DNA of 55,190 bases, the filler included, from Bipalium vagum (Eukaryota), in assembly GCA_037834085.1 (NCBI GenBank). It is 3 parts of 3 records of this genome, joined end to end, with 100 filler letters (N's around TTAATTAATTAA, not from the genome) between each part and the next. Parts side by side here need not be neighbours in the genome. Positions count along the whole stretch, not along the records: positions 24,032 to 39,566 come from JBBMKC010161169.1; positions 39,667 to 55,190 come from JBBMKC010161831.1; 1 more part is not named here. One strand, written 5' to 3'. The notes beneath the pieces were generated by a model. It made no database searches. It was given only the letters and a program-made list of their open reading frames with translations, and was not told the origin of the DNA. A program made the translations under genes and the position numbers. Positions 37,407 through 52,559 of the stretch are shown here, piece by piece; position 1 is the first letter of the stretch; each line of letters begins with the position of its first letter.

Positions 37407-39566
37407 GTATGGGATTTCATTCTTATAACCTGTTCTTTTACATTTTTATGAAATTTTTAATATTAAATTTTAATGAAAATATTTGCTTTGTTAATTTTCC
37501 GAAATAGTTAATTTTCTAACACATGTATCAAGTGAATCCAAAACCACACAAAGTTTTGATACCTGTTTAATTCTTATAATTTTTACAAATTTTATCATTT
37601 ATAAAACAGTTGGTTAATATTTGGTCACCGTATTAGTTGTAATGACTACGAAATAAGTAAATATATAATTTTTTATCCTTTTAACAAATTGTACAGCTTT
37701 CCATGAATAATTTTCCATTATATTACGTATTTTAAGTAAACGTATTTGTTTGGTATTTCATACAAATGAATCTTCTGATTTTCTCTTACTATTTTACATT
37801 TTTGTTATTTTTAAAATTTTAAGTAGAAGTTTAAAAATCAATTAGGTTAAAGGGAAAGTAATCAAACTAATTTCCATAATGAATTCAAAGATTCTTAATG
37901 GTAAATTAAACTGCAAAATAATTATACTATTTGTGAAATCTTTTGAAATTCGTAATTATATAAAAAAATATTATAAACTCAATTTCATTGGTTATTTTAA
38001 TCGTGATAAAGGTTTATTGATTTAATTTTTTAAAATTCTGCTTCAATATTGAGTAGTGATTTTTAAAATATTTTCATTCAAGAAATGGTTTAATTTTTTC
38101 AAAAGCAAAATAAATAATATATAGGCCAGATCCGATTAATGTTGTTGAGCGACAATTCTCACAACACAACTTACTGGATTCTTATTGAGTTATTCAGTAG
38201 ATTGTAATAGTTTTTGGCTTTTTTGGTTACTAAATTTACTTGTTTTCGATTGATTTCCCATTATTTTCTTGTAAATCTCTTTTAGGTGCTCATAATGCAA
38301 TATCGTTATCATTGTTAATCACTTTTCAATGAGATTAAAGAGAAATATTAAGAACTTTAATGTTTAACAATAAGAACAATCTTTTAATGATCAAACAGTG
38401 TTAATTAAGCTAAGGGGAATTTCTATTTTAATAATCACAGGAAAAAAAAAGAAATCATAATTTTTCTATATGAAGTTTGATAATTGATTAAATATTCCAG
38501 TGAAAGTTTATCAAAAAAGTTATTTGTAAATGTCAACTTACCAATTCTCACCGTTACAGATTATTTACGCCAGACTTTATCAGATTCAGAACTCGATAAT
38601 GCAATAGATGATAAAACAGCATTATTCCAACTTGCGAAGACCTCTTATGAAAATATTGCTTTTAATGAAGAATTATCTTTTTTTAATAGAAAATAAATAT
38701 TTTGCTTTTTGTCATTTTAAAATATTCATTTTTAATAAATATTCATTTCTTCGTGATTATTTTTTATTTGTGATGTTAAAAAATATTATTTGATTATGGA
38801 TTTGTCTACACTTTAAGAATATATTTTGGTTGTTCTTCGATAAGTGTACAAAAATGTAATTCGGTAAGTCGAAATAAAAAAAACGAAATAAATATTTTAT
38901 CGTGGTATGAAGGCATGAAAGAATTTTTAAAATTAATTCACATTTTTCAGTACATCTCAGAAACCTGTCTTTCCATTCTACAAATATGACTTCATTAAAG
39001 TATTTGTCTGATATTAAGATCATATTTTTTTATATCATAATCGAATATGCGATCACTTAAATGATTAAAATTTGCAATATGGTATTCAAAGTTTACAAAA
39101 TCATATTTTTTCCCTCTAAAATCATTTGTATTTAGTCTTGTATCCTTAATATCTTCACAAGAAATTCTAAATACTTCTTTTTAAAAACATCTTTAATTCA
39201 ATTATAAGTGTCAAAATGCCAAAAAATAATTTTTTGATATTATAAAGGAATATTAACAATTTAATCAATTATTAGCTAATAATCTGATAAGTGAGATAAT
39301 CAAATCAGAAATAGGTATTAAACCATATTTTAATTAATCAATATTATCAATATAATAGAGAATTTCGAACAAAATAGTTAGACAAAAATTTTAATTTAAT
39401 CAAATTAAGGAATATCATTAAAGTTTCCAATTCAAAATAAGACCATTTGTGGAGACTACGACCAAACAAAGCTGCTAAAACTTCGACAACATCAAAGACA
39501 AGTAGTGATCCCGCAAATAAACAATAACCTTATAAATAATTGTGATCATCCAAAACTTTAACTTTG

Positions 39567-39666
39567 NNNNNNNNNNNNNNNNNNNNNNNNNNNNNNNNNN
39601 NNNNNNNNNNTTAATTAATTAANNNNNNNNNNNNNNNNNNNNNNNNNNNNNNNNNNNNNNNNNNNN
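39567..39666. other. Artificial assembly spacer (N44-TTAATTAATTAA-N44)
   Basis: Same 100-bp linker as at 23932. Confidence 0.97.
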
Positions 39667-40486
39667 AAAAAAAATATTTATAAAATTAAATTTTATCTAA
39701 TATAATTTCTAATTATATTTCATTTTTTCATTTTTCCTTATAAAACAGATTGGTGGTTTCTTAAACAAATCAATTAAAAAGATTTTTTTGGAAAATACAG
39801 CAGATTATACAATTGAACCTATTTCGATAATTCTAATCTCCTGTATTTATCCTCTTATGCTTTTAAATGGCATCTGGGAAAGTGTTTTATCATGATTTGA
39901 GTGATTTTCCTTAAGTCTCAAGAAGATTTAGAAGCAAATGAAATATACAATTCAAATGGGATAATTAATTTTCAGATCATTAAATATATTAAGACAAAAT
40001 CCAGTTTTTATGGTCTCATCATTTTTATTTTTATTTAAAATTTTTATGAAAAAATGTATAAATAGTAGAAGTTTTTTGTAATCTTAAGCAGTAGCATGTT
40101 ACTAATCAACAGATTTTTATAAAGAAAGTTAAAATAATAATAATAATAATAAATATTTTTTAAAAATTGAAATAATTTAATTAAACTTAATTAATTTTTA
40201 AAATTAAAATAATTTAATAAATTATCCAGAATTTAATTCTCATGTAAAAATTAAAGTAATATCAATAATTAATTAGATGTGTTATTCAATAATTGGTGGT
40301 TTTAATTTTTGAGTTCAATATTATAGTTTTAAGTATCGTAAGTATTCTAAGTAAAATATATAAATTATTATTTATATACAATATCATCATGTTAAATACC
40401 CAAAAATGTATTATCCTTATTAATAAACATAATAACATTATTAAAATAAAACTTAGGAAATAACTGAATGTAAATTTGAGAATTAT

Positions 40487-41090
40487 TCGATGTGATTATC
40501 TTTAGCGCTCACAACCGCCTTTAGTTGGACTCAAAATGTGCTCCATGCTTACTTGGCTTCCTCCCTATCCAATTTAGTCATCATCTCCATGACGGCATCC
40601 TGTAAAAACTTGTTCGTGTTATGAAGTTTTGAGTTAACTTGTGATTCAACTAAGATTCATAGGTAATAATTGAGATGATTACGATCAAAACTCAAGTGTA
40701 GCCATAAATCAGTAGACCAATTGTAGGGAAGATTTTCGTAACGCTTTCCTTGTGTTTTCCTAGCTTTATGATCTAACATAAGTCATTATTTATTGCTACA
40801 CTCACAATTGACTTGATCACGTCCATTTTCTTTTCCAGATTGCTTATTTTTATATTTCTTCATCGATTTTAATTTTCATATTAACCAAGGATTCTTCATT
40901 TTGTATGCTACCACATATTTTATTGTGACATTTTCATTTGGTATTGGAGATATATGTCTTTTGCTTCAGTATCTCTTTTTGACAACTGGATCTTGTTATA
41001 CTCAAACCTTTCAATTATTTATTTTGGTGAGAAGTAATTCCAACACTGATTTTCTTTGTTCATATTCTGAACCAATTACTAATATTAAAT
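40487..41090 (-). mobile_element. maT/DD37D-like Tc1-mariner transposase pseudogene
   Basis: HKARKTQ...WSTDLW...DRNHLNYYL*ILVESQVNSKLHNT..LQDAVMEMMTKLDREE..AWSTF*VQLKAVVSAKDNHIE*, cf. WPPSSPDLNPLDYYVW...HNT..LKAAI...FRSRIEAVIEAEGGFIE. Confidence 0.8.
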
Positions 41091-42429
41091 GATTCAAATT
41101 TCATTAATCTATTTTATTGATAATTAATCAACTTTAACAAAAATAATATTAGTGATCAGATAATTTCCTTTAATATAATTTTGAAAATGTCGGAATTTGT
41201 CTTGACAATTCCGTATCGAACGTATTACTTGTTTAAAGTTACCTATATCTTTACGTTAATAGGTTACTTTTTAATAATTACATTAATCACAGAAAAATGA
41301 CTAAATATTCCGTCATGTTTATGTATTATTTAAAGAAATGTCATAAAAATCCTAATTTTTGGTTTATTAAGATTCAGATAAAAAAAGAGCTTCATAAAAA
41401 TTAGCATAATCAGCAAAGATTTTGAAGCTTAAAATTTTGTGTTTAATAGCCTCAATTTCCGAACAAAATACTAACAGCTTTTTTTCAGTCGACATCTCGA
41501 TTTTAGAGTCTAAAACCCATGATTGATTCAACAATGATGATCCGGTCTAATACAGGTGGTAATCTGGCTTTCTTTTATAAACATTTTTCGATTTTGGACC
41601 AAATTCTTATTATGATGGAAAAAAGCATTTTGATTAAACAGACAACGTAGCGTCCTTATTGGTACTTCGTCTGATATTGCTTTCAACTTAATAATACCGA
41701 ATAACGAAAATATTAATGGACCTATGAGTTCGATTTCCACCTGTTTTTTTGGGTGTCTCGAGAGTAAATATCTAATTCGACTTTAAATGAGTCTTATGAC
41801 AGAAACAACATTTTTTAAATAAAATTATTTGAATATCAAGGAAAATATAATTTTAAATGGTAAGGGTGCTTTACAGATCCAGTCCATTAGAACTTATAGA
41901 ATTTTGAATTATCCGTGATGAATAATTAAATAAATTTAATTAATTAATTAAACTCCAAGAGTAATATGGAATTAATTATTATTTAATTTTAACATAATTA
42001 TCAAATGAACACAGGCAAGGAATAGTCCTCATCAAGTTAAATATAGTTAATATTAAAAACCTTAAAACAAAAATCATTACCCTAATGTGGTATTAAAGCA
42101 AAATCAAGTCGTGCTGTACATTCTAAGCCAGCTTATGTCTGATTTATATTAAGAATTACGTACTCAGACCGAATGACAACCCTTTTCTGAGACTAAACCA
42201 TTCTGAAACCACTGCAAAATTAAAGTTAAAACTGGCATTATTGTTTCTTCTTTAAAACCAAAAATAGAAGTAATTAAATCGAAAAGGAAAATATATATTT
42301 TTCAGTTTTTATAATTATTTAATATATATTATTATTATTTATTTTACTTTTATTTTTATTATTATCATTTTTATTATTATTATTATTATTATTATTGTTG
42401 TTGTTATTATTATTATAACATAAAAAAAC

Positions 42430-43260
42430 TTCTTTTTTCAATATGAACAATCTAACTCAACACTTCCAAACCATTTCTATCAAAATTTTGACACTTTTAT
42501 TTGAAAAACGATATTCTTGAATCTGCCACATAGTCATGATGAAACAAAATTTGACAAAGAATTTTTCTTGGGTGTTATAGAAATTCAACCATGATTACAC
42601 AATAAAAATCCTAAAAAATAGTACCCATAACCTTCTTTTTTGATTGGGCCACTTGATCCTTATATTAATCATTGCGTATACTGAATTTTATTTTCTGGAT
42701 CATATTGGTAAATCCATGTCTCATTGTCAGTTACTAGTCTGCTATTAAAACCTCGGGAACATCATCAAATCTATTTATAAAGTAGAGCGGAGTCTTTTCA
42801 TTTTGTGTTTTTCGCTCCATGCTCTTTGCACACATCTGGGAGAAGGCTTGCACAATTACAAACAATGCTCCAAAATGAAAATGATTCATATGATATGTTT
42901 AAAAAAATTGACTATAACCTGGGCCGATATTTACCTATTTTCTTCAATCATCAATTTAACAACAACTACAATTTCTTCAATCATTGCTTTTGATGGTCGC
43001 CTGGTTTAATGTTCATCTTTTATGTCCTCTAGGCCTCCCTTAAAATTATCTATTCATAAACTGCTACTTTCTTTGGTTCGTCATCTAGATAAACATTTTT
43101 TTTCAAAAATTCGATTATATCCGATATTTCTCACCCGAGTTTGGTTAAGAATTTCATCTTCACGTGGCATTTAAATTTGACAGTTTCCATTTTCTAAAAT
43201 GATTTGTTTAAGCAAATACACCTTGGTACTTTGAATTGTCCACCCTCTGAATAAACAGAA
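42430..43260 (-). mobile_element. Mariner transposase pseudogene with a left-TIR remnant
   Basis: cagagggtgg.. terminus; MKFLTKLG*...VYE*..FKGGLEDIKDE..RRPS...RLVTDNETWIYQYDPENK.Q..Q*...KVMGTIF*D...ILFHHD. Confidence 0.85.
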
Positions 43261-46200
43261 GAAGTAAATAATTTTTTGAAAAACAAAGACAATCTTTAGA
43301 ATCACCAAAAAATGACAAAAACAAATCATTTTCTATTTGCAAATTTATTAAATAAAAACATGATTCGAAGTTTCTTGATCAAATATCTTCGAAAACTCAT
43401 ATATATATATATAAAGTCTTTACTTTAAAGTTTCTGTGATGTGATTTTAATTTAATGACTTAGGATACAGAGTATTTTCGGAATATTTAGGGACTGTGTG
43501 TTAAGGGAGTTGTGAATTCTCCATTCCGGACTCAGTTAAGCCTTTTTGTCTTTGTTTTCTTTTTATTTGTGAATGATGAGTATGCTATGTGTTGTCTTCT
43601 GCGCTGCTGAAGGTTGGTGAAAAACAAACGAAGACAAGAATGCAAAGTTGATGAGAAAGAGTGAAATTAACTAAGTGAAGATCAAAAAGAAATGAAAAGG
43701 AAGACTGTGGAAAAGTGTTATTAAATAAGATGGTGCTTTTTTAATGTATTGATATGAAATAAATGTTGCTTTTTTCATTTTTTTAATGGACACATTTAGT
43801 TAGAGGTGTTTTGATTTTCTCAAAAAAGTATTTTCTTCTAATAGGAAAGTATTTATTATAATTTATGTAATTTTTCGCGTAGTAGCGCTATGAAACACAA
43901 TCAGTGTTTCTTTTTTTATGTACATTCCTTGAATATCCTGCCACAACCATCACATTTATCTACAATCATTAATATTATATATATTATAAATAACTTGGTA
44001 GTAATTACAGATTGTTTTCTCTTAAAAACATAATTGCATCGAATTGAACACACATCACTGTGCTGTTTATTAATTTAATATTCATTTCTTTATTATCAGC
44101 ATGAAAAAATTGAGATCAGTCAAAAAAGAGACTTGATTTCACAGAAAGGTAAAAAAAACGTGATCCAAAAATTATTATTAGGTGATACATAATATTGCAC
44201 ATATAAGGAACACCAAAATAAAAGTATTACATAACATATAAATATTTCGTGTATGAATCCTTTGATTCGATTAATGCATTAATACAACATGCTTTGTATT
44301 GAATTTTTTTATAGGCGTCATCGCTCATCAGAGCTCTATTGAAGTTACTTATATCATTTCCCCTGAACATTTTCTCCATAAATTTTATTACAAACAAAAT
44401 ACCACTAAAATATAAAAATTAGCCTATTTAAACCTTTTTATGTAAATTATTATTTATTTCTTATTAATAAAAATACAAATGTTTTGATTTTGTGGGTTTT
44501 TTCAAAGTGTGGACTATTCGTTGAACAAAGCTATATATAAATAATCAATTGATTTTAATAAAATGTTGTATTACATTAGGGAGAAGTGAAATGAATACAT
44601 ATAATCACTTTTTAATTTCTGTTTTTATTTGTCATCATTCCGGTAAATCTTCGATTCACTATCATATACAAAATCAAATAAAGTTTCTAAAATTCTAAAA
44701 ATATTTTTTTACATTTTTTGTTTAAATAATCAATATAAATGTAAATTTATAACGCAATATATATTTAAAAACATCAGAAAATTTGTTTTTCTTATAATAA
44801 TATAATTTTTTCATTAAAGACATTTTTTGAAAATGAATTTAAATAATTTATAGATAAATTGCGTTTAATTTATGTTATCATTCATTTAATCTAAAAGATT
44901 TGTTTAAATCTCAATTTAGAAATTTTTCAAGTCCCATCAGAATATTCCACTGTATTTATTTTCACTATTTCTAATTTTATGTTTAAATAAAATTCTTTTG
45001 AATTTTCTTTTATTTTTATACATAATTTATATTGAAAAAGAAAAAAACCATTATCTTAAATATTTCTTATCTTACTCTTGTTTAATCTTATCTGTTAAAT
45101 TTTCGGAAGAAAAACATTTTATTTATATAAAATATAAAAATTATAATTATGGATGTTATTATATTTCAAACTTTTATTTGTGGTCTTAAATTAATTTAAT
45201 GTTCAATTCACAATTATATATTGGTTTAAATTTTTGTTTTGGATTATAATACAGAAACTTTAAAATAGATTAAGGTTGTATCAAACGTTTTCGTGACTTT
45301 TAAAGTTCAATTTTCTTTTATCAAAATAAATATTTTTATAACAGTTTTTATAAATTTGATATCAATGATATTTTACTATCAAACTATATTTGTAAGTTTT
45401 GTTTAAATAAACATATCAATGCATTTATTTAAATTTATAATTATAGTAAAATCGATAACGAAAAAATTAAAATTTGAGATTAGATCCGTCATTATTGTTA
45501 AATGGTAAAATTTATTATAGCTACCACCACAAGGACTATTTTGATATTAAAAGAGAAAGTATCATTGCCTGTAACATAATTTTCAATAGGTTATAAAATT
45601 TTCAAAACAGAGATACTAGTGTCAAAATAAGCCTTACCAACAAATTTTCTTCTTTTTATATTAGGTGATCTAAGATGTTTTCACTGTGTTTAATTTGAGT
45701 TAGAGGCGACACATTATATGTGTGAAATAAACCCAGTAGTAAAATCAAGTCCTTATAAAAATTTGTAATGTTAATATTTCTTGTTTATTCGAATTAAAAG
45801 ATAATGCAAAAATTTAAAATAATAATTAAAATTTAATTAAATTAAAAAAATATTATTATTATTATGGTATAATTTTCTATATTAAAAAATTTATTCTTAT
45901 TTTTACAAAAAGTTACTTAAAAAAATTTTTACATTTACAAATTTCGAATCCAAAAATAATTGAAATATAGTGGAAATTTTTTTTTGGTATTTAGTAAATT
46001 CAGAGAAAATTCCCTCATTCATTTCTTGAATATGTTATTATTTTACATAAATAAATTAATATAATGTTTTTAATTTCAATTCTGGTTACATTCTGTGACA
46101 GCAGAAAAAATTGAAACAAGATTAAATTTCTGAGAATATGGATGAAACAACTTTTAATTCAATTAATCCTCCAAAATCCCAATTTTATTCTAATACTTGG

Positions 46201-46370
46201 GCTCATAATAAATGAATTAGAAAATAAACTAACATCGGAAAAAGAAGCTGTTCTCTTGCAATAAATTAAAATTATTTCATGTATATTTTAGTATCATTAG
46301 GGACAATTGAATATTATTTTATGTCGTTTTAATTTATATCCCAAGGATAATATTCCAAATCTCGTTATAG

Positions 46371-46485
46371 AGAAGCGAGAAGTACACAATTGCCCCGCTT
46401 CTCTTCTGGGACTTTCCAAGCTCCCATTAAAGAGATTTATGTCTTCCTACAAAATTTCTCCATTTCAAATCCAACTATGATTATG
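46371..46485 (+). CDS. Possible small internal exon of an unidentified gene
   Basis: GC-richer island: acceptor gttatag, open frame EARSTQLPRFSSGTFQAPIKEIYVFLQNFSISNPTMIM, donor GTAAAG. Confidence 0.3.
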
Positions 46486-49400
46486 GTAAAGAAATAAATA
46501 TTTTTATTTTTTTTTAAAAAATAATAAAGTTAAATTTTATTTATTATTTCTCGGTTTTGTGACACAAAATTAATTCGGATAAATATAAATAATATAATTT
46601 AATTGTAACATAAATTATTTTTCTCTTTGATATTTAGAAATTGAAAGATTTTTGTTTCGTTTTTAGATAATGTTTTTCTTTCAACCTTTACTCCATTATC
46701 AAATTTACATAAATGATTTCCAAAGATTATTTGTGCCAAATATAAACTTGATGATGATAACTTTGATCCGATCATTAAATGAATTGATCTATTTATTTTT
46801 GATATGACTGCCAATCTTGAAACGAACATCGTGGTTGGTAATTTTATCAATAGGTTTGGTGTTTTATTTTAATTAAATTTGTTTGTAATATTTATGACCT
46901 TGAGTTATATTGATTTAAACAAAATATTAAATTGATAATAAATAGATAATAATATTTTATAAAACAAGAAGAAATATTTCTAAAATATATCTAATGATCA
47001 CAGATTTGATTAAATTAATTTATTTAATGTTAAGTAACTTCGACACTTTGTTGAGAAAAATCAATCTTCATTAATTAAAAGTTTTATTATATGTATAAAA
47101 TATTCTGGACAAAAATATAAGTTTAAAATATAAATCAACTATTTTAAAGAAAACTAAAAATAAAAATATAATAAAAAAATGATTGAAATTGTTTTCTACA
47201 ATAAAGTAAAGAAAAATGTTATAAATAATGGTTTTTTTAAAAAATATATTTTAACTAAATATTATATATATAAATATATTTTTTTGTCATATAAAATGAA
47301 AATTATTTTAAAACTTCTTTACAAATTCTCACATTATTATAGATAGCGCTTAAAATGTATATTATTTAAACAACAATATAATTTACATTATTTAATAACT
47401 AATAAAACGTTAACAAAATAAAAACGGTAAAATCAAGGTTGTAGATCTAATAAATACAAGTGATAAGTGTCCTGCATAATAGTGGGATATATAAGTCTTA
47501 AGAGATTTCATAACAATTTTATTCTTGTATTATTCTTGTTTAATATTATATAATAATTATATATCTATTGTTTCAAAAACGAGGAAAAAAGTAAATAAGG
47601 AATAAAGTGGACAACAAAATTTAATGACAAATATCAAGTACATTGAAAGGAATACAATAGCTTTCCTTAGATTATGTTCTCGAAATGATTTCCTTTAACA
47701 GAAAATTTCTTACTACTCAATTCCTCGTGTGCAGAACATTATTGAAGTTTACAGCTCTTCGGTAGATGAACGGGAACATTCTTGAGAAACAATAAGGTAT
47801 TAATTGATATTGATGATATTTCCATTTTCCTCAATAGGCTTCCCAATTTTTGGATAATACAGAAAATATATATGAATCGTTATTTAGATATCTTTGGCCT
47901 TTGATTTCCATTTCCATAATAACATAGGAGTAAATTCATTTTAAAGATTTGGAGCGTAAATCACAGCGAATCAAAATTTGAACATCTAAACATGGAAAAG
48001 GTATGATATTTTGTCACAAGTGATCTTTGTATGATCTTGATAAAATATAATTTCTGAATGTCAACATATAGATTTGTAAAGAGTTCATTGTGAGTTCTAC
48101 AATGCAAAACACAAAATATTGTCATGTATAATATTTATTAAAAATAGAAGAAAGTTTTAAATGAACTTTACTAAGGATAATGCAGAAAAAAAGATATCTC
48201 ACAGAATACACGAAAAAGAAAATAAGAAAATACAATTAGACCTCCATGAAATTATTGAAATGAGCAGCTTGGAAGATGAAACTGGTGACTCGGATGAAAA
48301 TATTTATGGTGATCAATAGCAGATGTGCCTAAAATGTCTGAACTAATGCAATTATTTTACGTCATTATCAAATTTTGCTCACATAAAGATTCAAAAATGA
48401 CTTTCAAAGTACAATTTATTGCGATGGTCCAAGATTTAAGTCAAAGTTTCCAATCACGAGGTTAATAATCGAGAACAAGAAAAGCTAGATCATTTTTATA
48501 AAAAATAAGTTACATTTTTAATTACACATTATTAAAGCCGATCTTGTTTTTCGTTTCTATTGTTACTTCATCACTTGGATATGTATTTTTAATCTGAAGG
48601 TAATTTTTAAAAAATAATTCTGATTAAGGAGGTCTGACTGTATAAATAAACTCGAAAAGAGAGGTATTGTGATCATATCAAAAGAAGTAAAGAATGTTAA
48701 AATTGTAAAATATTAATTGATGATAAGTCCAATATTTTAAGTTTTATATCTGATAATTAGAAAGAATATGGCAAAATCTCAAAAAAGATTAATGAAATTA
48801 AAGACGAAAAAAAATAATTAAATTTGGACTGATTTAACGTTTGTTGTTTTTTAACGATAAGACAATCATATTGATCATTTAAACAAGAAAAGAAATATAA
48901 TACGTAAATATTGATTTCTCTAATTTTCCAAAATTTCTTTTCGTCAGAGTGACTCTAATTGTTCCTGAAATGATAACTGAATTAGTGAAGATAATTCTAT
49001 TAACCATTTCTAGTGGGAACGAATATATGTTTATATTTTTATAATTTAGTTGATTTGATAAGAGTGAATTTTATGATTTATTGAAAATAATAATTATATA
49101 TCAGCAAAATCTTAAGGGTGACCTGACAGAAGAGTTATTTTATTTATGTTTTACTTAGACTTTAATTTCCTTTTCATTATAAATCTGATAGATTTTTAAT
49201 CTTAAAAATTGGAAAGATGTAATAATTTCATTGTTTGTGAATAATTAGAGTAAATATTAAAAATAATATATTCCATTTTATTATTCTCATGAATATCTAA
49301 AACAAATGTTAAATAAATAAATAAATATATTTTATTGCACTAAGATATTATAAATTTATAGGTATTATTATTTTCATCTGAACAATTCAAATTATATTTA

Positions 49401-49556
49401 TTTTATTTTGTTTGAAACAAAGTTTCTGAACAAACTAATTTATAACAAAAACAATATTATTTAGTACTTATTGACTTCTTTAGATATGTATATTTATTTA
49501 TAGATATTAAATTGTTTAAATAAACCATATTTTAGCTCACAATATCAATATATAAA

Positions 49557-49940
49557 ATGTCTGATAAATCAAATATAAATTCGCATCTATTACGAGAACA
49601 GGTATGTCTTCTATTATTCTATGATTACAAATCAGGTTTAAATGCTGATCAACTGCAAATCAGAACAAGTAAAGCTTTTGGTAATGGAATTATTTCTCGG
49701 TCCACGGTATATGAATAGGTTTCAAAATTTCGGAATGGATAATTCGACCTTACACATAAGTCAAAAATTGGTCGACCGACAATTATCGATGATGACCTAT
49801 TGCGTGTCTCTATAGAAAACAATCCACATATAACATTACACAAGCTTACTAAGTTATTTGAAGTTGTAGTCATACGATCATTCAGCGTCATTTACATGGT
49901 TTTTGGAAAATCAGTAAACTTGGTGTATGGGTCCAACTCA
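49557..49940 (+). mobile_element. Mariner transposase N-terminal (HTH) remnant
   Basis: LLLFYDYKSGLNA...AFGNGIISRSTVYE*VSKFRNG*FDL...GRPTIIDDDLLRVSIENNP...IQRHLH...SKLGVWV. Confidence 0.88.
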
Positions 49941-51313
49941 ATATATTATATTTTATGAATATTGCGTATTTATATTATTATTAATTTTATTAGTTATTAT
50001 TTATTATTAATATTTAAATTAATTGTAATTAAATGGTACAGTTATTAAATTATTAGATTAATTAGCCTAAACTTCCTAGTATTTTTTTTCATCACAAATA
50101 TAAATATTCTAACAACTTTTAATGATTTATCCAATGTTAATTCTTCATTATTTTACAATTATAAAATTCTATATTATATTAAAATTATATTATTATCCAT
50201 ATTGTACATTAAATTATAAAATAGAGTTCAAAATAATATCCTTATTATTAATTTTAAATTATTATTTACAATTTTTTAATTTATGTAAATTATTATTCTT
50301 ACTTTTTTATAAAATTTTCTGATTACATTCCTTATAATAGCATTAAATACTAAATAACATAATATATAGTAATAAAATAATAATTATATTATTATATTTT
50401 TTTAGTAAAAGTATTAATTAGTTAACTAATCGATTATTAATTTTATTAATTTAATAAATAAAATTAATAAAAAATATTTATTTATTTATATTTTTTTAAA
50501 ATATTTAATTTATCTTATTATTTATCTTATTATTTTTCTTATTATTTTAATTGAAAGAATCGCATACACCACATAATTCATAATAAAATGAAAATATTTA
50601 ATTGTTTTTTGCGAATAAAACGAGAAAATTTGCAGAGCACTAAAAATGACTTATTTTTCATTATGTAGAAGATAAATCACAGATTCTCAAATATTTGATT
50701 TGCTTTGCCCAAGGCAGCGATAAGCTTGAAAAATGATTTTATTCCTCCCTTATTTAGGATTTATAAGCAAAGGAGATATCTCTTCTAATCTGAAATTGTC
50801 TGCAGCTTTATTCAAATTTGTAATTTTCCCTAAAATCTCAATTAACTTTTCAAACATTCCCATGGATATTTTTTGGATTATTTGAAAAATTGGAAAAAAA
50901 TAAATTTTATCTCCCGTTTTTGTCTTAATTAATGAAGTTTTAATTTGGTTTTCTGTCATTATTATACATAAAAATGGGATCGCAATTTTTCCATTTAATA
51001 TTAATTTTAAGAGAAAAACAAAAAAATTTTTTTTCGTTTTTATATAATATTATTATAATATTATTACAAAAATATTATCGAAACTTTCCTTACAAATTTT
51101 AATTTGAAACGTAGAGCTTATTGTATCAAAAACTGAAGACAGTGTGATATGATTCAAATTTTTGAGATAAATATTCCAATATATAAAATAATAATAAGTT
51201 CCTAATATTATCGAATTAATAACAAGTTAAATAAGATTTTTTTTTAAGATTTTAATTTTTTAAATACAGTAAGACGATAAATTATTCCCACACCTTGTAG
51301 AAAATTGTAGAAA

Positions 51314-52130
51314 TATCAGGTTGTCCAATACGTTCGTTCGTTTTTTTTTTCAAACAAAGGATACAATAGGAACATTTATTTTTTGACACACAGATTAATA
51401 ATTATAATCAATCAATAATATAATCTTCGCCAATGTTTATGACTTCCTCCCAGCGACTGGGAAATTTTCGAACCCTTGATTAAAAAACTTGATGGATTTA
51501 GATGCGAATCATCCACGAAACCATTTCCTTAAGGCGAAAGTGAGCGAAAGAAATGGAAATCCGAAGGATCAAGGTCAGGTGAGTAGAGCGGGTGAGGTGT
51601 GATCCAAGTTCCTCCAGAGCCATTTTTGTAAACCTTGCTGTATGTGGACGGGCATTGACGTGTTGAAGAAAAACACTATGTTTGAATAATTGTGCTGTTT
51701 ATGCGGTACAACTGTGCACTGTACGTTTTAGTGGTGATTGTTTGATTCCTTGCAAGCATTTCATCGTGAATAGTTCCTGTCATATTCCACTAAAGGTATA
51801 GCATTGACCTCTTGAAATGAAGACTTGGCTATACATTTGGTGTTGCCTGTTCCAATTTGAAAGGGATCGAAAAAGGAAAAGAAAATTCGAAATTATTCGA
51901 AGTGTTTGAAATATTTTGTGTTTATTTTCTCCAGACCATAATCCCATAAAAAACTTTGTCTTTTTTCTAGAAAAGTTTATACAGGGGGAAAACAATTTCA
52001 GTCTCTTTTGAAGGTGCAATCAGCCGACCAGCACTTCTTGGAAGATATCGAAGAGAGCAGTTTAAAAATTTTGGTAAACTCTTTATCAGATCAAATTTGC
52101 CAAGTGTGGAAATAAATTATGATGGTACTG
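51314..52130 (-). mobile_element. Mariner transposase C-terminal remnant with TIR
   Basis: VFLQHVNARPHTA...LEELG..PHPLYSPDLDPSDFHFFRSL...FASK...RWEEVINIGEDYIID*. TIR-like tatcaggttgtccaata.gttcgttcgtttt at ~51315. Confidence 0.9.
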
Positions 52131-52559
52131 TATTTGACAAATTATTAATTATTAATAATTGAACTTTATTTAATTGGTTATTTAATTAATGAAATATAAT
52201 AATAATTATATTATATAATAATAATTACTTCTTTAATTATGTATAAATTTAAATGTTTTATAGAGGGTGCTCCATAAGTAAAGCCGAATTTAAAAAGTTA
52301 ATAAATGAAAAATCCAGAAAAACAAATATATTTTTACATAAGCACGATCAAAAACATTTGTCATTTATTTATGAAAAGCAATATCGGGCATATAACAGGC
52401 CTCAGTGACCTTACAGACTTATAATACATTGAATTAAATTATATATTAAATAGAAAAATTTTAACGAGTACAATATTATTAAAAAATTATTTTTCTTCTA
52501 ATAGCGAAGCCTAACTGCAACAGATACCTTTCTGAGACACCTTGAGTCTTCTAAAGCTG

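Noticed and set aside
44305-44340. Minus-strand CTGATGA-gcg-atga-cgc as a hammerhead ribozyme
   Set aside because: No GAAA follows stem II, and there is no stem III or NUH triplet.
47640-48500. pogo/Tigger-like remnants, and a Tc1-like scrap at 41500-41770
   Set aside because: Only vague similarities (LFLKNVPVH, an acidic tail) were seen; a profile search is needed before calling them.
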